From: a virus
Taxonomy: Duplodnaviria; Caudoviricetes
IMG/VR virus record: IMGVR_UViG_3300026549_000051
Coordinates: 1 to 64,000 of that record
DNA length: 64,000 nucleotides
Strand: one strand, 5' to 3'
The position numbers and the translations under genes are program-made. Below are positions 46,252 through 55,269 of the stretch, piece after piece (the stretch's first letter is position 1; the number at the start of each line of letters is the position of its first letter). The notes under the pieces are model-generated. The model ran no database searches. It was given only the letters and a program-made list of their open reading frames with translations, and was not told where the DNA came from.

Positions 46252-46773
46252 TTAAAACGGTAAATCAACGTCAGATAAGTCGACTTCTTCCGCACCAGCC
46301 ATTGGCTCTTCCTTCTTGTCGCTGTCACGACGCATGGCGACTGAGCGATCGGTAAACTCTGCGCGAGAGTATTTACCTTCAGTATAGACTTCGATTTCTA
46401 CCTCAGGCTTTTTAGCGAGTAAGGTCTCAAAGCCCTTAAGATATGCTTTAGCCGCATACTCGAAGTCATCCTTCGCTTCGGCTAGTTCGCAACACTTCTT
46501 GGCTTTCTCTTCAGTAGCACCGAGAGCTACGAACAAATCTTTCATATGCTTAATACGCCAGCCAGCTTTGTCTTTAACCATCCAGTGGTCGGCGGTTGGG
46601 AACTGGAAGTTGTCAGTGTCTTCAAAGTGGAACTTAACAACTTTGTTGCCCTTAGTACCAGCGTCTTTAATTTCTACGCCGTCACACTTTACTGTGTATG
46701 TGCCATCATCAGCGTAGTCTTTGTATTGTGAGCCATACTGCTCTTCAATATCATCCCAGTTAATACCTGCCAT
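46252..46773 (-). CDS. single-stranded DNA-binding protein (DUF669-like)
   Basis: GTYTVK, acidic tail DVDLPF, downstream of Sak4-like gene. Confidence 0.75.
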   Translation of the reverse strand: MAGINWDDIEEQYGSQYKDYADDGTYTVKCDGVEIKDAGTKGNKVVKFHFEDTDNFQFPTADHWMVKDKAGWRIKHMKDLFVALGATEEKAKKCCELAEAKDDFEYAAKAYLKGFETLLAKKPEVEIEVYTEGKYSRAEFTDRSVAMRRDSDKKEEPMAGAEEVDLSDVDLPF

Positions 46774-46775
46774 AA

Positions 46776-47483
46776 CTATTTCTCCTTTTTAGGTTTTAAG
46801 ATTTCATTAATATCTACCTCATCGATATCGACTTCACCAGTCTTACCGAGGCGGTTTTTAGCCAACGCAACGTTATCGCTTTCGAGCACCAACTTGCGTT
46901 TGCCTTCGGCATCCTTCTTAAGATAGAAGACGTTATCACACCACTCCACAAATACATTCATGGTGTTCACGTCGATCTTCGGACTAATCTGCTCAACATC
47001 CACACCATCAGCATCCATAATATGCTTCTTATCGGCATGGGCGATGAGGCAAATGCCGTAGCCCTTTTTATTTAATGCCACTAAAGTAGGCAACAACTTT
47101 GTGCGGATATGGTTCTCAAGCACCTGCTTGCCATTACCGTAGCCACCGTTAGAACGGTTAAGTGTTTCCTCGAGGTTGCGGGAGTCAATGCCAGCAGCCT
47201 GTTCTACCACCTTACGCACCATCCAGTCGGTCGAGTCGATAACTAGCGTATCGAACTGACGCTCCTTCGCATGGTACAAGTCGGCGAGGTCTTCGTAGAA
47301 CTTCTTTAAGTCTTGGTATTGCTTGGTGCGTTTGACGCCAAGGTAATTCAAGCCTCCCTCGAAGTCCATAAACAATGGATTCTTGAGCTTCGATGCCAGC
47401 GTAGATTTGCCTACGCCGCTGAGACCATAGATCATTACCTTTGGTGCGGTCAATGTGACACCTTCAATAATGTCTAAACTCAT
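46776..47483 (-). CDS. Sak4-like AAA recombinase
   Basis: IYGLSGVGKST, DFEGG, LVIDS, LIAH, AKNR. Confidence 0.85.
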   Translation of the reverse strand: MSLDIIEGVTLTAPKVMIYGLSGVGKSTLASKLKNPLFMDFEGGLNYLGVKRTKQYQDLKKFYEDLADLYHAKERQFDTLVIDSTDWMVRKVVEQAAGIDSRNLEETLNRSNGGYGNGKQVLENHIRTKLLPTLVALNKKGYGICLIAHADKKHIMDADGVDVEQISPKIDVNTMNVFVEWCDNVFYLKKDAEGKRKLVLESDNVALAKNRLGKTGEVDIDEVDINEILKPKKEK

Positions 47484-47568
47484 CCGAGTCCTTTCCAAAT
47501 TGTATTGTTATTATTTATAGTTTCCCCCTACCTTCATTTTACCATACATATTCGACCATGTGTATGGA

Positions 47569-47710
47569 GCAGATGGGCAATGGAACCAAGAACTTTTTGA
47601 CAAAAAGTTTATCAACTCACGAGGTACAAATGTGAATTTTTTGATGAAAAGTCTATGCGTAAAAGTGAAGGTAATACAACAAAGATTGTAAAAATACGCT
47701 ACCCATCTGC
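47569..47710. ncRNA. Candidate structured RNA (stem enclosing ~125 nt)
   Basis: GCAGATGGG (47569-47577) / CCCATCTGC (47702-47710) in 270-nt intergenic gap. Confidence 0.4.
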
Positions 47711-47770
47711 CTCTAGTTTGTGAAGAACCACCACGCTCTTTAACGCCTGACATGGCACGAAGGCATTTGT

Positions 47771-48139
47771 TTAGTGGAAGAAGCCTTTTGGCTTCGTATT
47801 GTCCGCGATAAGCGAGACCTTCTCGAGAATCTTGTTCAAGACCTCGATGACGATTTCAGCCTGAGCTTCCGTGAAATTGATTTCAAGTGGCGTGGTTACA
47901 GACTCGCTAATTGCCTCTGCAATTCTCTCCCCCTCGGTTTTACTAGAGGTGTTCTTTTGTAGGACAAAAGTTCGATATTCATCAAGGTCTTCTGCCTTCT
48001 TAATACGCCAGAATGTTGACTGGCTAATATTCATAGCTCGCTGGATCTCTCTGCCAGATAAGCCTGTGTCAATTAGTGTTTTGACTGCATTAAAACTATG
48101 CTCGTCAATTTTGCGATATTTACGAACCTTCTTGTTCAT
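47771..48139 (-). CDS. helix-turn-helix DNA-binding protein
   Basis: GLSGREIQRAMNISQSTFWRIK. Confidence 0.8.
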   Translation of the reverse strand: MNKKVRKYRKIDEHSFNAVKTLIDTGLSGREIQRAMNISQSTFWRIKKAEDLDEYRTFVLQKNTSSKTEGERIAEAISESVTTPLEINFTEAQAEIVIEVLNKILEKVSLIADNTKPKGFFH

Positions 48140-48203
48140 TTGTTTTCTCCAATTAAATTAATATTACATTCACTTTTGTTTGTGTTGTTTTAAACATATC
48201 ACA

Positions 48204-48863
48204 CTATTTTCCTTCAGTCAATTCCTCCTCCAATTTCTTGCACCAGTTCTTCTCCGAGAAGTCTGACTTGCCTTTTAAACAGGCGTAGATGTCATCTTCG
48301 ATAGTTCCCACCGACTTTTGTCTTTTGTAGGCGTCTCGCTTCTGCTTGAGCCTAGCATTATGGCGGCACTCATCGCTACAATATTTTGTTGTACCACTTG
48401 GGACAAATTCTTCGCCACAGAAACTGCAACGCGGATAATCGCCAGCTTTTATACGCTTATATGTTTTGGTGTACTTATAGCCATTATTTTTAAGCGACCT
48501 CCTATTTACCTCCCTTCTCCCATTAAGTCTACACTCGCTACTGCAATATGTATTATGTTTCTCATATGGAACAAATTTTTTTCCACAGAAACAACAGTAA
48601 GCTGTTCTTTTGACATACGGTGCTCTAATAGGCTCGTTATTTGCATGCCATTTCTTATGGCACTTCACGCAAAGCCAGGAAACTTCCAGAGGTTTATTAT
48701 AATCGTTATGGTGTGCTTCCACTTTCTCAGTAGAGCCACAGCATTCACACGGCATCTTAGCCATTGTCCCAGACTTAATCGCCTTACGGACTAATGAGTG
48801 AGCCCTGTGCTCAGCCCTGAACTTCATATATTGATCATGCGTTTTCTCTTGTTCTGTCTTCAT
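48204..48863 (-). CDS. HNH homing endonuclease with zinc-finger repeats, fused to a helicase-like C-terminus
   Basis: CECCG...EAHHNDY...WLCVKCH; CxxCG-x-x-F...YCS-x-ECR x2. Confidence 0.85.
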   Translation of the reverse strand: MKTEQEKTHDQYMKFRAEHRAHSLVRKAIKSGTMAKMPCECCGSTEKVEAHHNDYNKPLEVSWLCVKCHKKWHANNEPIRAPYVKRTAYCCFCGKKFVPYEKHNTYCSSECRLNGRREVNRRSLKNNGYKYTKTYKRIKAGDYPRCSFCGEEFVPSGTTKYCSDECRHNARLKQKRDAYKRQKSVGTIEDDIYACLKGKSDFSEKNWCKKLEEELTEGK

Positions 48864-50067
48864 TTTGACACCACACTTTCTCCGAAAAATCTTGCTTATT
48901 CTTTAAGCACCTCATAATATCCTTTTCTATTGTATCACAACAATAACAGTAGTAGAAGAACATCGGCTTAGTTTGCCCGATACGCTTAATGCGACCGCGT
49001 GCCTGTAATGATGTGCTATATGAGTAATTCGGCGATACCGAGCACCAGTAGTGCATGAACTGTAAGTTCAACGCTTCGCCACCACTAGCGTAGTGAGCGA
49101 CCACGATGTCATATTTGCCTATCGTATCAGGTGTAGGTATCTCATGGTGCTTACCATCAATTCGCCATATCTTCGTCCCCTTAGGCAGAGCCTTCTTGGC
49201 TATTTCGCAAACCACCTCTTCCTCTTCAATGTAATTACAGAAGAAGACGCAGTTATCGCCCAGCCCCTCGATGAACTCCGACAGCCACTCTTGCTTCTCC
49301 TTAGTGAAGCATATCTGCCTGAGGTAATGGCACAAGCCCATCGTGGTTTCGATGAACTCGCCATCCTCTTTGGTGCGGGTCTTCATAATCTTGCGATAGT
49401 TCTTTGGGGCTTTGAACTCAACCACCTTATGTGTTTCCTTTGGCAACTCCCTGAACATCTGAGAGGCATCAGGCGTGGTAACAATGTCATCCCACATCTT
49501 CTTCAACTCATCGACCCTTACATAGTGGTCTATCTCTGGGAAGCCTCGGTATGTATGGACTATGGCATAATTATTCATAAAGTCCGTCTTGTGCTTGACC
49601 TTCCCACACACTGTAAAGTATGTAATAAAGTCTTTCCAGTCGTCCCCAGGCGTGGCTGTGTAGCCAGTCCATACTGTGCAATGGTCGCAGATACGACGGA
49701 AGCCATACCCCATACCAGTCGTATATCCCTTGCACTTCTGCACCTCATCGAACGCGAAGGCATAATTGCCGAGTCGTAATAGAGGCAACTGCAATGAATA
49801 TTTATCCAGCTTGTGCCACGAGATTACCTCAAAACTTTCAAGACTGTCGAGCCATTCCTGACCGTTCCATAGCACGGCTTCCTTCTGCATATCACCTGAC
49901 CTAGCCTTAGTGGCTGTTGTAACGATTACAACACGCTTCCTGCCAGTATCTCTCAGCCAGTTAAACATCACGGCAGTCTTACCTGCACCAGTTGGCAGAA
50001 TGCAAATGCGACTCCCAGCGTCAAGATCGGCAACAGCCTGCTCTTGGAACTTATACAGGCTAGGCAT
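48835..50067 (-). CDS. SF2 (SNF2-like) helicase
   Basis: PTGAGKT, DEVQ, TATP, EALNLQ, QARGRIKRIGQ. Confidence 0.92.
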   Translation of the reverse strand: MPSLYKFQEQAVADLDAGSRICILPTGAGKTAVMFNWLRDTGRKRVVIVTTATKARSGDMQKEAVLWNGQEWLDSLESFEVISWHKLDKYSLQLPLLRLGNYAFAFDEVQKCKGYTTGMGYGFRRICDHCTVWTGYTATPGDDWKDFITYFTVCGKVKHKTDFMNNYAIVHTYRGFPEIDHYVRVDELKKMWDDIVTTPDASQMFRELPKETHKVVEFKAPKNYRKIMKTRTKEDGEFIETTMGLCHYLRQICFTKEKQEWLSEFIEGLGDNCVFFCNYIEEEEVVCEIAKKALPKGTKIWRIDGKHHEIPTPDTIGKYDIVVAHYASGGEALNLQFMHYWCSVSPNYSYSTSLQARGRIKRIGQTKPMFFYYCYCCDTIEKDIMRCLKNKQDFSEKVWCQNEDRTRENA

Positions 50068-50386
50068 AGTATTCGCTCTTGATACGAGTTTTCTTCTCTA
50101 AGATAGCACGGACTTCGTCTGATGTATTCGCCTGCATTACCTCAAAGATGAGTTCCTGCATGGCTTGCTCACGGCGTGCCTCGCGTCGGCGTCGGTTGCC
50201 TGATGCATTAGAAGCAATACGCTTCTTACGAAACTCGTCATCAGTATGGTAGCGATTAGTAATGTTCTTTGTGGTCGTTTTTGTGTGTGCCTTACGGCGA
50301 CATTCTTCCGAGCAAACTTGTGGCACTCTGCCACGCTTCTTCTCCACTTCAAACTCTTTGCCACAGATTTTGCATTTAACTAACAT
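50060..50386 (-). CDS. zinc-finger protein
   Basis: CKICGKEF...CSEECR. Confidence 0.75.
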   Translation of the reverse strand: MLVKCKICGKEFEVEKKRGRVPQVCSEECRRKAHTKTTTKNITNRYHTDDEFRKKRIASNASGNRRRREARREQAMQELIFEVMQANTSDEVRAILEKKTRIKSEYYA

Positions 50387-50841
50387 CGTCCGTTCCTTTC
50401 TGCTAGTTCATCTAGCGTATATTTTTGGTCTGATACCATATCTTGGATACACTCTTCCTCAAAGTCGGCGAGTGCATCTGCCAACCAGTCCCTCGCGTAA
50501 TATAGTATATCGCTATACTCTTCATCGGTTAGGTCAAGGTGTTGGTCTTCAATATAGTCTATGAGGTTGCCCTCACAGGCTTGCTCGCAGAGGTCTTCAA
50601 AGTTTTCAAAGTAATATTCAGTATGTCCCTCATCGTCCTCGCCAGCCCCATACTCAGCGTTGGCACGCAACCAACTGCGTAGGTTTTCCATATGTAAAGT
50701 CTTCGCATAAACCTGCTCGCCGATACGCTTGATGTCTGCTTCTTGAACAGCATTATAAAATGCTTTGTCGTACTTATGTGGCTCAGGCATGAGGTCATCA
50801 ATGCCCTCTTTAATCGCCAACAAATCTTTAATCTTGCTCAT
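50380..50841 (-). CDS. acidic hypothetical protein
   Basis: GGAGG RBS; Asp/Glu-rich. Confidence 0.75.
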   Translation of the reverse strand: MSKIKDLLAIKEGIDDLMPEPHKYDKAFYNAVQEADIKRIGEQVYAKTLHMENLRSWLRANAEYGAGEDDEGHTEYYFENFEDLCEQACEGNLIDYIEDQHLDLTDEEYSDILYYARDWLADALADFEEECIQDMVSDQKYTLDELAERNGRC

Positions 50842-51256
50842 CTTCGTTGTCCTCCACCTTATCAATAAACTGCTGTGCTTTGTTATAAAAATCGTCAAAC
50901 ATATCTTGGCACAACTCCAAATGTTCCTGTAAATGTTTTGGCTCGGCTGGGGCAGGGGCAGAAGATGATGATAGTGAAGCCCTAGTCATATCGAAGAGGG
51001 CTTTGTGAATATCGCCCTGTCGCTTGCCGAACTTTGCCATGTGGTTTTCAAGGCTATCGAAACTCCAATGCTCTTCGCCATCTCCCCAACCATTCTCATC
51101 TAGGGGTTCATTGCCTACCTCAATGTCGCAATGCCACTCGCCTTGCCCATCTCGGTTCTGGTCGCTCGCATAGATATAATAATGGTCATAGCGTTTAATG
51201 TCGTTTAATAGTCGGTGCAAGTCTGACACCTTCATTACAATATTCTTATCTTCCAT
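50828..51256 (-). CDS. hypothetical protein
   Basis: AGGAG RBS. Confidence 0.75.
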   Translation of the reverse strand: MEDKNIVMKVSDLHRLLNDIKRYDHYYIYASDQNRDGQGEWHCDIEVGNEPLDENGWGDGEEHWSFDSLENHMAKFGKRQGDIHKALFDMTRASLSSSSAPAPAEPKHLQEHLELCQDMFDDFYNKAQQFIDKVEDNEDEQD

Positions 51257-51266
51257 GGTCTTCTCC

Positions 51267-51752
51267 TTATAGGTCAGCAGTCATCATGCAATAACCTTTT
51301 TGTTTAAGTTCGTTATAGATATTCAAGCCTAACTGAACACGGCTCGCAGCCAACTCCTTCTCGCTACTAATAGGGTACATAACTGGCTTGTCATCCCCCA
51401 TGTGATAACCACATGCCTTATGCCCCATAGCGTCCTTAGTCTGTTCTTCGGTCAAGTAATACTTGGCTAAGTCTTCCCACACATAATTCCCCACATCGTC
51501 TAGTTCATACTTGCGTTCATCTTTTGGCACGCCCAGTATATCGTACTGTTTGTCTAATCGCTTCTTGATACGCTCGGCATCATAGCACTCGTAATCTACA
51601 TAGCATTCGCCGTAGCCATCATCCTCTCCCTGGTCGGCATCATCTGCTGGGACTTCGTTCATCCCATAAATATCTTTGGGGTCGGTGCTTGGTTGCACGG
51701 CAAACCAAAACTTACCTTCCCTGCCTGAATTAAAATAGTAATATCTTCCCAT
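51267..51752 (-). CDS. hypothetical protein
   Basis: GGAG RBS, own promoter. Confidence 0.8.
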   Translation of the reverse strand: MGRYYYFNSGREGKFWFAVQPSTDPKDIYGMNEVPADDADQGEDDGYGECYVDYECYDAERIKKRLDKQYDILGVPKDERKYELDDVGNYVWEDLAKYYLTEEQTKDAMGHKACGYHMGDDKPVMYPISSEKELAASRVQLGLNIYNELKQKGYCMMTADL

Positions 51753-51794
51753 AGTTTTTTCTCCAATTAGTTTTAATAGTTCCCCTCTGATTTA

Positions 51795-51823
51795 ATACTA
51801 GCACACTTGCTAACTATTGTCAA
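51795..51823 (-). promoter_or_regulatory. sigma70-type early promoter
   Basis: TTGACA-17-TAGTAT. Confidence 0.7.
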
Positions 51824-51825
51824 TA

Positions 51826-52065
51826 CTATTCTTCCATCTCCTTATATAATTCATTACGCAACTCGCTCAATGCATATGGCATGTGTCCATAGTTCATGTG
51901 CATTAGCCAAATCAACATGGCTGTTCGCATATGCTCTTCTCGTCCATCAATGATGGCTTCAATAACAGCACGCTCGCTGTGCCAGTTCTCATCGGTCAAT
52001 TTATCTAAGAATTGTTGCACGGTCATCTTATCTATTTCTGTGGCTGAGTTATTCCAGTATGCCAT
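51826..52065 (-). CDS. hypothetical protein
   Basis: AGGAG RBS. Confidence 0.75.
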   Translation of the reverse strand: MAYWNNSATEIDKMTVQQFLDKLTDENWHSERAVIEAIIDGREEHMRTAMLIWLMHMNYGHMPYALSELRNELYKEMEE

Positions 52066-52391
52066 TACTTATTCTCCTTTCTTAATTGCTTAACGCACTC
52101 ATAACATAAGGCACAATAATCTTCATCTTCTGCCATGATGTTATCAATTAAATCTTGGTCGTATTCAGGGTCAAGATATTCAACCCAACACAACTCTTCG
52201 CTAGGGTACAACGCCCCACACTTGTCGCAGATATTGAACTCTATCGGCATTAACACATCATCTATTGCTTCTATCGGTTCATCTCCCTCGTACTCTGCAC
52301 AACTAATCTCCAAATTGAGGTCATCAAAATAGCCTATGCTGTTGTGCCTTACTCGGCTCTGCAACTCTTCTATCTTCTCTTGTCGTGTCAT
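52065..52391 (-). CDS. acidic zinc-finger protein
   Basis: CDKC...CYEC. Confidence 0.75.
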   Translation of the reverse strand: MTRQEKIEELQSRVRHNSIGYFDDLNLEISCAEYEGDEPIEAIDDVLMPIEFNICDKCGALYPSEELCWVEYLDPEYDQDLIDNIMAEDEDYCALCYECVKQLRKENK

Positions 52392-52597
52392 AGTTCAATA
52401 TAATCTCCATCTTCCGTTATTACATTATGCCCTTGAAACTCCAAACGATACCACTCTTCGCCCTCTTGCCCACACTCTTTACACTTGTATGGGAAGTAGC
52501 ACATATCGTCTGTGTATTTAATCGGTTGGTAGTCCAAACTAATCTCCCCACATCTCGGACACTCGCCTTGTCTGTTCATATAGTCTTCTTTATTCAT
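52388..52597 (-). CDS. zinc-ribbon protein
   Basis: CPRC...CKEC. Confidence 0.75.
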   Translation of the reverse strand: MNKEDYMNRQGECPRCGEISLDYQPIKYTDDMCYFPYKCKECGQEGEEWYRLEFQGHNVITEDGDYIEL

Positions 52598-52760
52598 CTT
52601 CTTCCTCTGCTTTCTTATTAGCGTTTAATACTATTTCCACATCTTTAATCATGTCGTTGATATCGCCATAGCGACAACTGCCACCATCATTAAAATCTTT
52701 GATGTCATCAGCAAACCATAGCGACTGCAACTCCCAGTCAATTACTAGATATCTGCTCAT
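52590..52760 (-). CDS. small acidic protein (56 aa)
   Basis: Fills operon gap with overlapping start/stop. Confidence 0.6.
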   Translation of the reverse strand: MSRYLVIDWELQSLWFADDIKDFNDGGSCRYGDINDMIKDVEIVLNANKKAEEEDE

Positions 52761-52966
52761 CTTCCACTCCCATCTGTGGCTAGGTTAGCACCTGCCATCA
52801 AGTCCATCATGATATTCACATAGCGTTCTTTCTCTGCCCCCTCACTACACATAGCACAGCCATAAAAATACTTAACGGCTTCGGCTCGGTCTTCCCACTT
52901 ATCAATATGCCCATAGCATATGGTCGTGATATCTTCTTTTCCCTTGATTTCTTTTTTGCTTGACAT
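52757..52966 (-). CDS. hypothetical protein
   Basis: AGGAG RBS; SEGAEKERY. Confidence 0.75.
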   Translation of the reverse strand: MSSKKEIKGKEDITTICYGHIDKWEDRAEAVKYFYGCAMCSEGAEKERYVNIMMDLMAGANLATDGSGR

Positions 52967-52983
52967 TTTCTTCTCCTTTCTTA

Positions 52984-53259
52984 TTAATAGTCCAGCATTA
53001 CCCAGTCTAGGTCATCGTCTGTGTAGCCCCAAAAGTCCAACAACCTTTGTGCTACCTCTTCAAGTTCTAGGTCTTTGATATACTCAGATGTCATCATCTG
53101 CCCACCATCTTCTAGCACTACATCTTCCCCATCAACACCATATACTGATGTCATCATGTAGTCTTTCAAGCCTTCGGCTTCATCTTCTTTGGTCAAGTTA
53201 TCGCCAGTCCCCTCAACTGCCGTAATTAACTTGTTGATATCTCTAATAAAAAGTATCAT
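52984..53259 (-). CDS. highly acidic hypothetical protein
   Basis: AGGAG RBS. Confidence 0.75.
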   Translation of the reverse strand: MILFIRDINKLITAVEGTGDNLTKEDEAEGLKDYMMTSVYGVDGEDVVLEDGGQMMTSEYIKDLELEEVAQRLLDFWGYTDDDLDWVMLDY

Positions 53260-53723
53260 TACTTTTCTCCTAACCAGTCTGCTACTGTTTTATTACCGTT
53301 GCTAATACCATCAGCATATTCTTGGGCTTTGTTCGTTCCCATCATGCCATCAAGTTCTTGTAGTTTCTTATAGGTGTTCAACTGCTCTTCGGTCATGGCT
53401 GGCTTCTCTTTCTCCTTTTCTCGTTGAATAAAGTACAAGATGTCTTCGGCGTGCATTTCACAATACGCTTCTGATAACATATACTCCTGTGCCACAGCAT
53501 ACGCTTGCTTGTCGGTCAGTTTAATATCGTGGTTCTCTGCCACATACTCTACATCTTCCTTAACCCACTCCAAGTCTTCACGCTCTTTAATCTTGATATA
53601 CTCTTCACGCAAATCATGGGCTAGGGCTTCAATGCTCCATGATGGGTCATCTGCTTCGCTTTCGCCAAAGTTCTTCTTAACCCACTCATACAAAAATGTC
53701 TTAAATGCTTCTTCTACATTCAT
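53259..53723 (-). CDS. acidic hypothetical protein
   Basis: Start at MNVEE after AAGGA. Confidence 0.75.
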   Translation of the reverse strand: MNVEEAFKTFLYEWVKKNFGESEADDPSWSIEALAHDLREEYIKIKEREDLEWVKEDVEYVAENHDIKLTDKQAYAVAQEYMLSEAYCEMHAEDILYFIQREKEKEKPAMTEEQLNTYKKLQELDGMMGTNKAQEYADGISNGNKTVADWLGEK

Positions 53724-53724
53724 C

Positions 53725-53985
53725 TTAAAAGTCCTTTCCGATATATACTCGTTTAAGTAATTTACTCTTGCCGTTGCCAAACAAATTGGCTTGGCATTTT
53801 GGGCATAGCCCAGTCTTGATGAACTCACGCTCCACAGCGTTCAGTTCTCCAAACAACTCTTGAATATACCCATGCCCATGCTCATACTCATAGAGTTTTT
53901 TCATCTGTTCTTCATCTAGTGGCAAGCCATAGTCATCACTACAACTCGGACATCGTATAATCAATTCGTCTTCGCCTACCATCAT
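53725..53985 (-). CDS. zinc-binding protein
   Basis: CPSC...ERE...TGLCPKC. Confidence 0.75.
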   Translation of the reverse strand: MMVGEDELIIRCPSCSDDYGLPLDEEQMKKLYEYEHGHGYIQELFGELNAVEREFIKTGLCPKCQANLFGNGKSKLLKRVYIGKDF

Positions 53986-54224
53986 GCTTCTTCTCCAATT
54001 AACTCAAAATCTTCATTATATAGTTCCACCCCTAATGCGTGTGCCAGCTCATTTAGCACCCACTCTTTGCCACTATTAAAATAATATTCATCTCTATACT
54101 TACGCTTATCTCCTTTCTGCTTTTTAATCGTATCGTTCAAGGCTTCTAACTCTGCCTTGTATTTTCGGCGTATAATCTTAGCCAATTCACTCTGCTTCAT
54201 AAAACTCCCTTTCGCTTTTATCAT
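53982..54224 (-). CDS. hypothetical protein
   Basis: Operon ORF; start may be the second Met. Confidence 0.65.
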   Translation of the reverse strand: MIKAKGSFMKQSELAKIIRRKYKAELEALNDTIKKQKGDKRKYRDEYYFNSGKEWVLNELAHALGVELYNEDFELIGEEA

Positions 54225-54405
54225 TAGCCTTAATGCTTAGCACATACTCAACACCGTCAATAACTATCGCTATCTTCGGCTCACCATTATCTTGCCAGTC
54301 ATTAGCCACACACATATCTTTTGCCATGCTTGGCTCAAACTGTTCTTGCTCATCATTATCTGCTAACTTGTCGTATATCATGTCCATTAATTTATACTTG
54401 TCCAT
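54187..54405 (-). CDS. hypothetical protein
   Basis: Operon ORF. Confidence 0.7.
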   Translation of the reverse strand: MDKYKLMDMIYDKLADNDEQEQFEPSMAKDMCVANDWQDNGEPKIAIVIDGVEYVLSIKANDKSEREFYEAE

Positions 54406-54408
54406 ATC

Positions 54409-54948
54409 TTATAGCCTTTCTTCTCTTAAAATGCTTCGCAACTCATAGTGTGCCACGCCGTCCATAAGCCCATATGCTTCTTCACGCAATGCCACGATTT
54501 TGTTCGCTATCTCATCAAAATTACTCAGCACATCTTCTAACTCATTAGCAATATGCTTATAGTATTCAATACGCTTGCTAATCTCTGCTTCTATCTCATC
54601 TGGTGTCAATTCAATGCAAGGGTGTAAATACTGCCCACGATTTATTAGCCGTCCTTGCTTCTCATACTCTTTCGCTTCTTCCTTGTCAAACACAGTCTTA
54701 GTGATGTTAATGGTGTCATCAAAATAATGCCCATTGTCATCACGCTTGCACACACTAATCTCTTTTTCGCTTGCGTTGTATCTGTTATTGCGAATTGCCC
54801 CCTTAGTAAAGTTCTGTGCAAGGTTCTTGAAGTCCTTGCCGTCCTTAGTCTTATAGCGTTCAATATCTGCCCATGCTTCAATAAGCACATCACATTCATG
54901 CTTGCGTTGTTCTAGTTTTTTCTTCGCTTGTTCTGCGTAATAGTCCAT
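54409..54948 (-). CDS. hypothetical protein
   Basis: AAGGA RBS, own promoter. Confidence 0.8.
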   Translation of the reverse strand: MDYYAEQAKKKLEQRKHECDVLIEAWADIERYKTKDGKDFKNLAQNFTKGAIRNNRYNASEKEISVCKRDDNGHYFDDTINITKTVFDKEEAKEYEKQGRLINRGQYLHPCIELTPDEIEAEISKRIEYYKHIANELEDVLSNFDEIANKIVALREEAYGLMDGVAHYELRSILREERL

Positions 54949-54979
54949 AATATTCCTTTCACTTTTACTTTATAATCTT

Positions 54980-55008
54980 AGTATAGCAAACTATTCTTTA
55001 ATTGTCAA
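54980..55008 (-). promoter_or_regulatory. sigma70-type early promoter
   Basis: TTGACA-17-TATACT. Confidence 0.8.
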
Positions 55009-55267
55009 TACTATTTACTCCATAAGTTATAATAAACTTTACATTTTTAATTGTGTCGGTGTCATAGCCACCACCTGCCACTAGTGCTAAATCATGCTTA
55101 ATATAACTATCAATAGCATCCTTGCACCAAAAACTATCTGTATCTATGTGGTATATATCGCAAAACTCAAACTCGTTATTGCGTTCTGCTTCGTCAATAT
55201 ATTTTAAGTCAGGGTGGTTCTTCTTTACCTTATACTTAATTACACCCTTAACATTTATAATTGCCAT
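54998..55267 (-). CDS. hypothetical protein (first gene of early arm)
   Basis: 89 aa ORF; DLALVAGGGY. Confidence 0.75.
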   Translation of the reverse strand: MAIINVKGVIKYKVKKNHPDLKYIDEAERNNEFEFCDIYHIDTDSFWCKDAIDSYIKHDLALVAGGGYDTDTIKNVKFIITYGVNSIDN

Positions 55268-55269
55268 AG

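Noticed and set aside
47511-47753. 80-aa ORF as a real gene
   Set aside because: No clear RBS, atypical composition, overlaps stems and a promoter
49093-49779. Long antisense ORFs (this 228-aa one, 1861-2403, 59131-59682 and others)
   Set aside because: Shadows of well-supported genes on the opposite strand, without RBS or motifs
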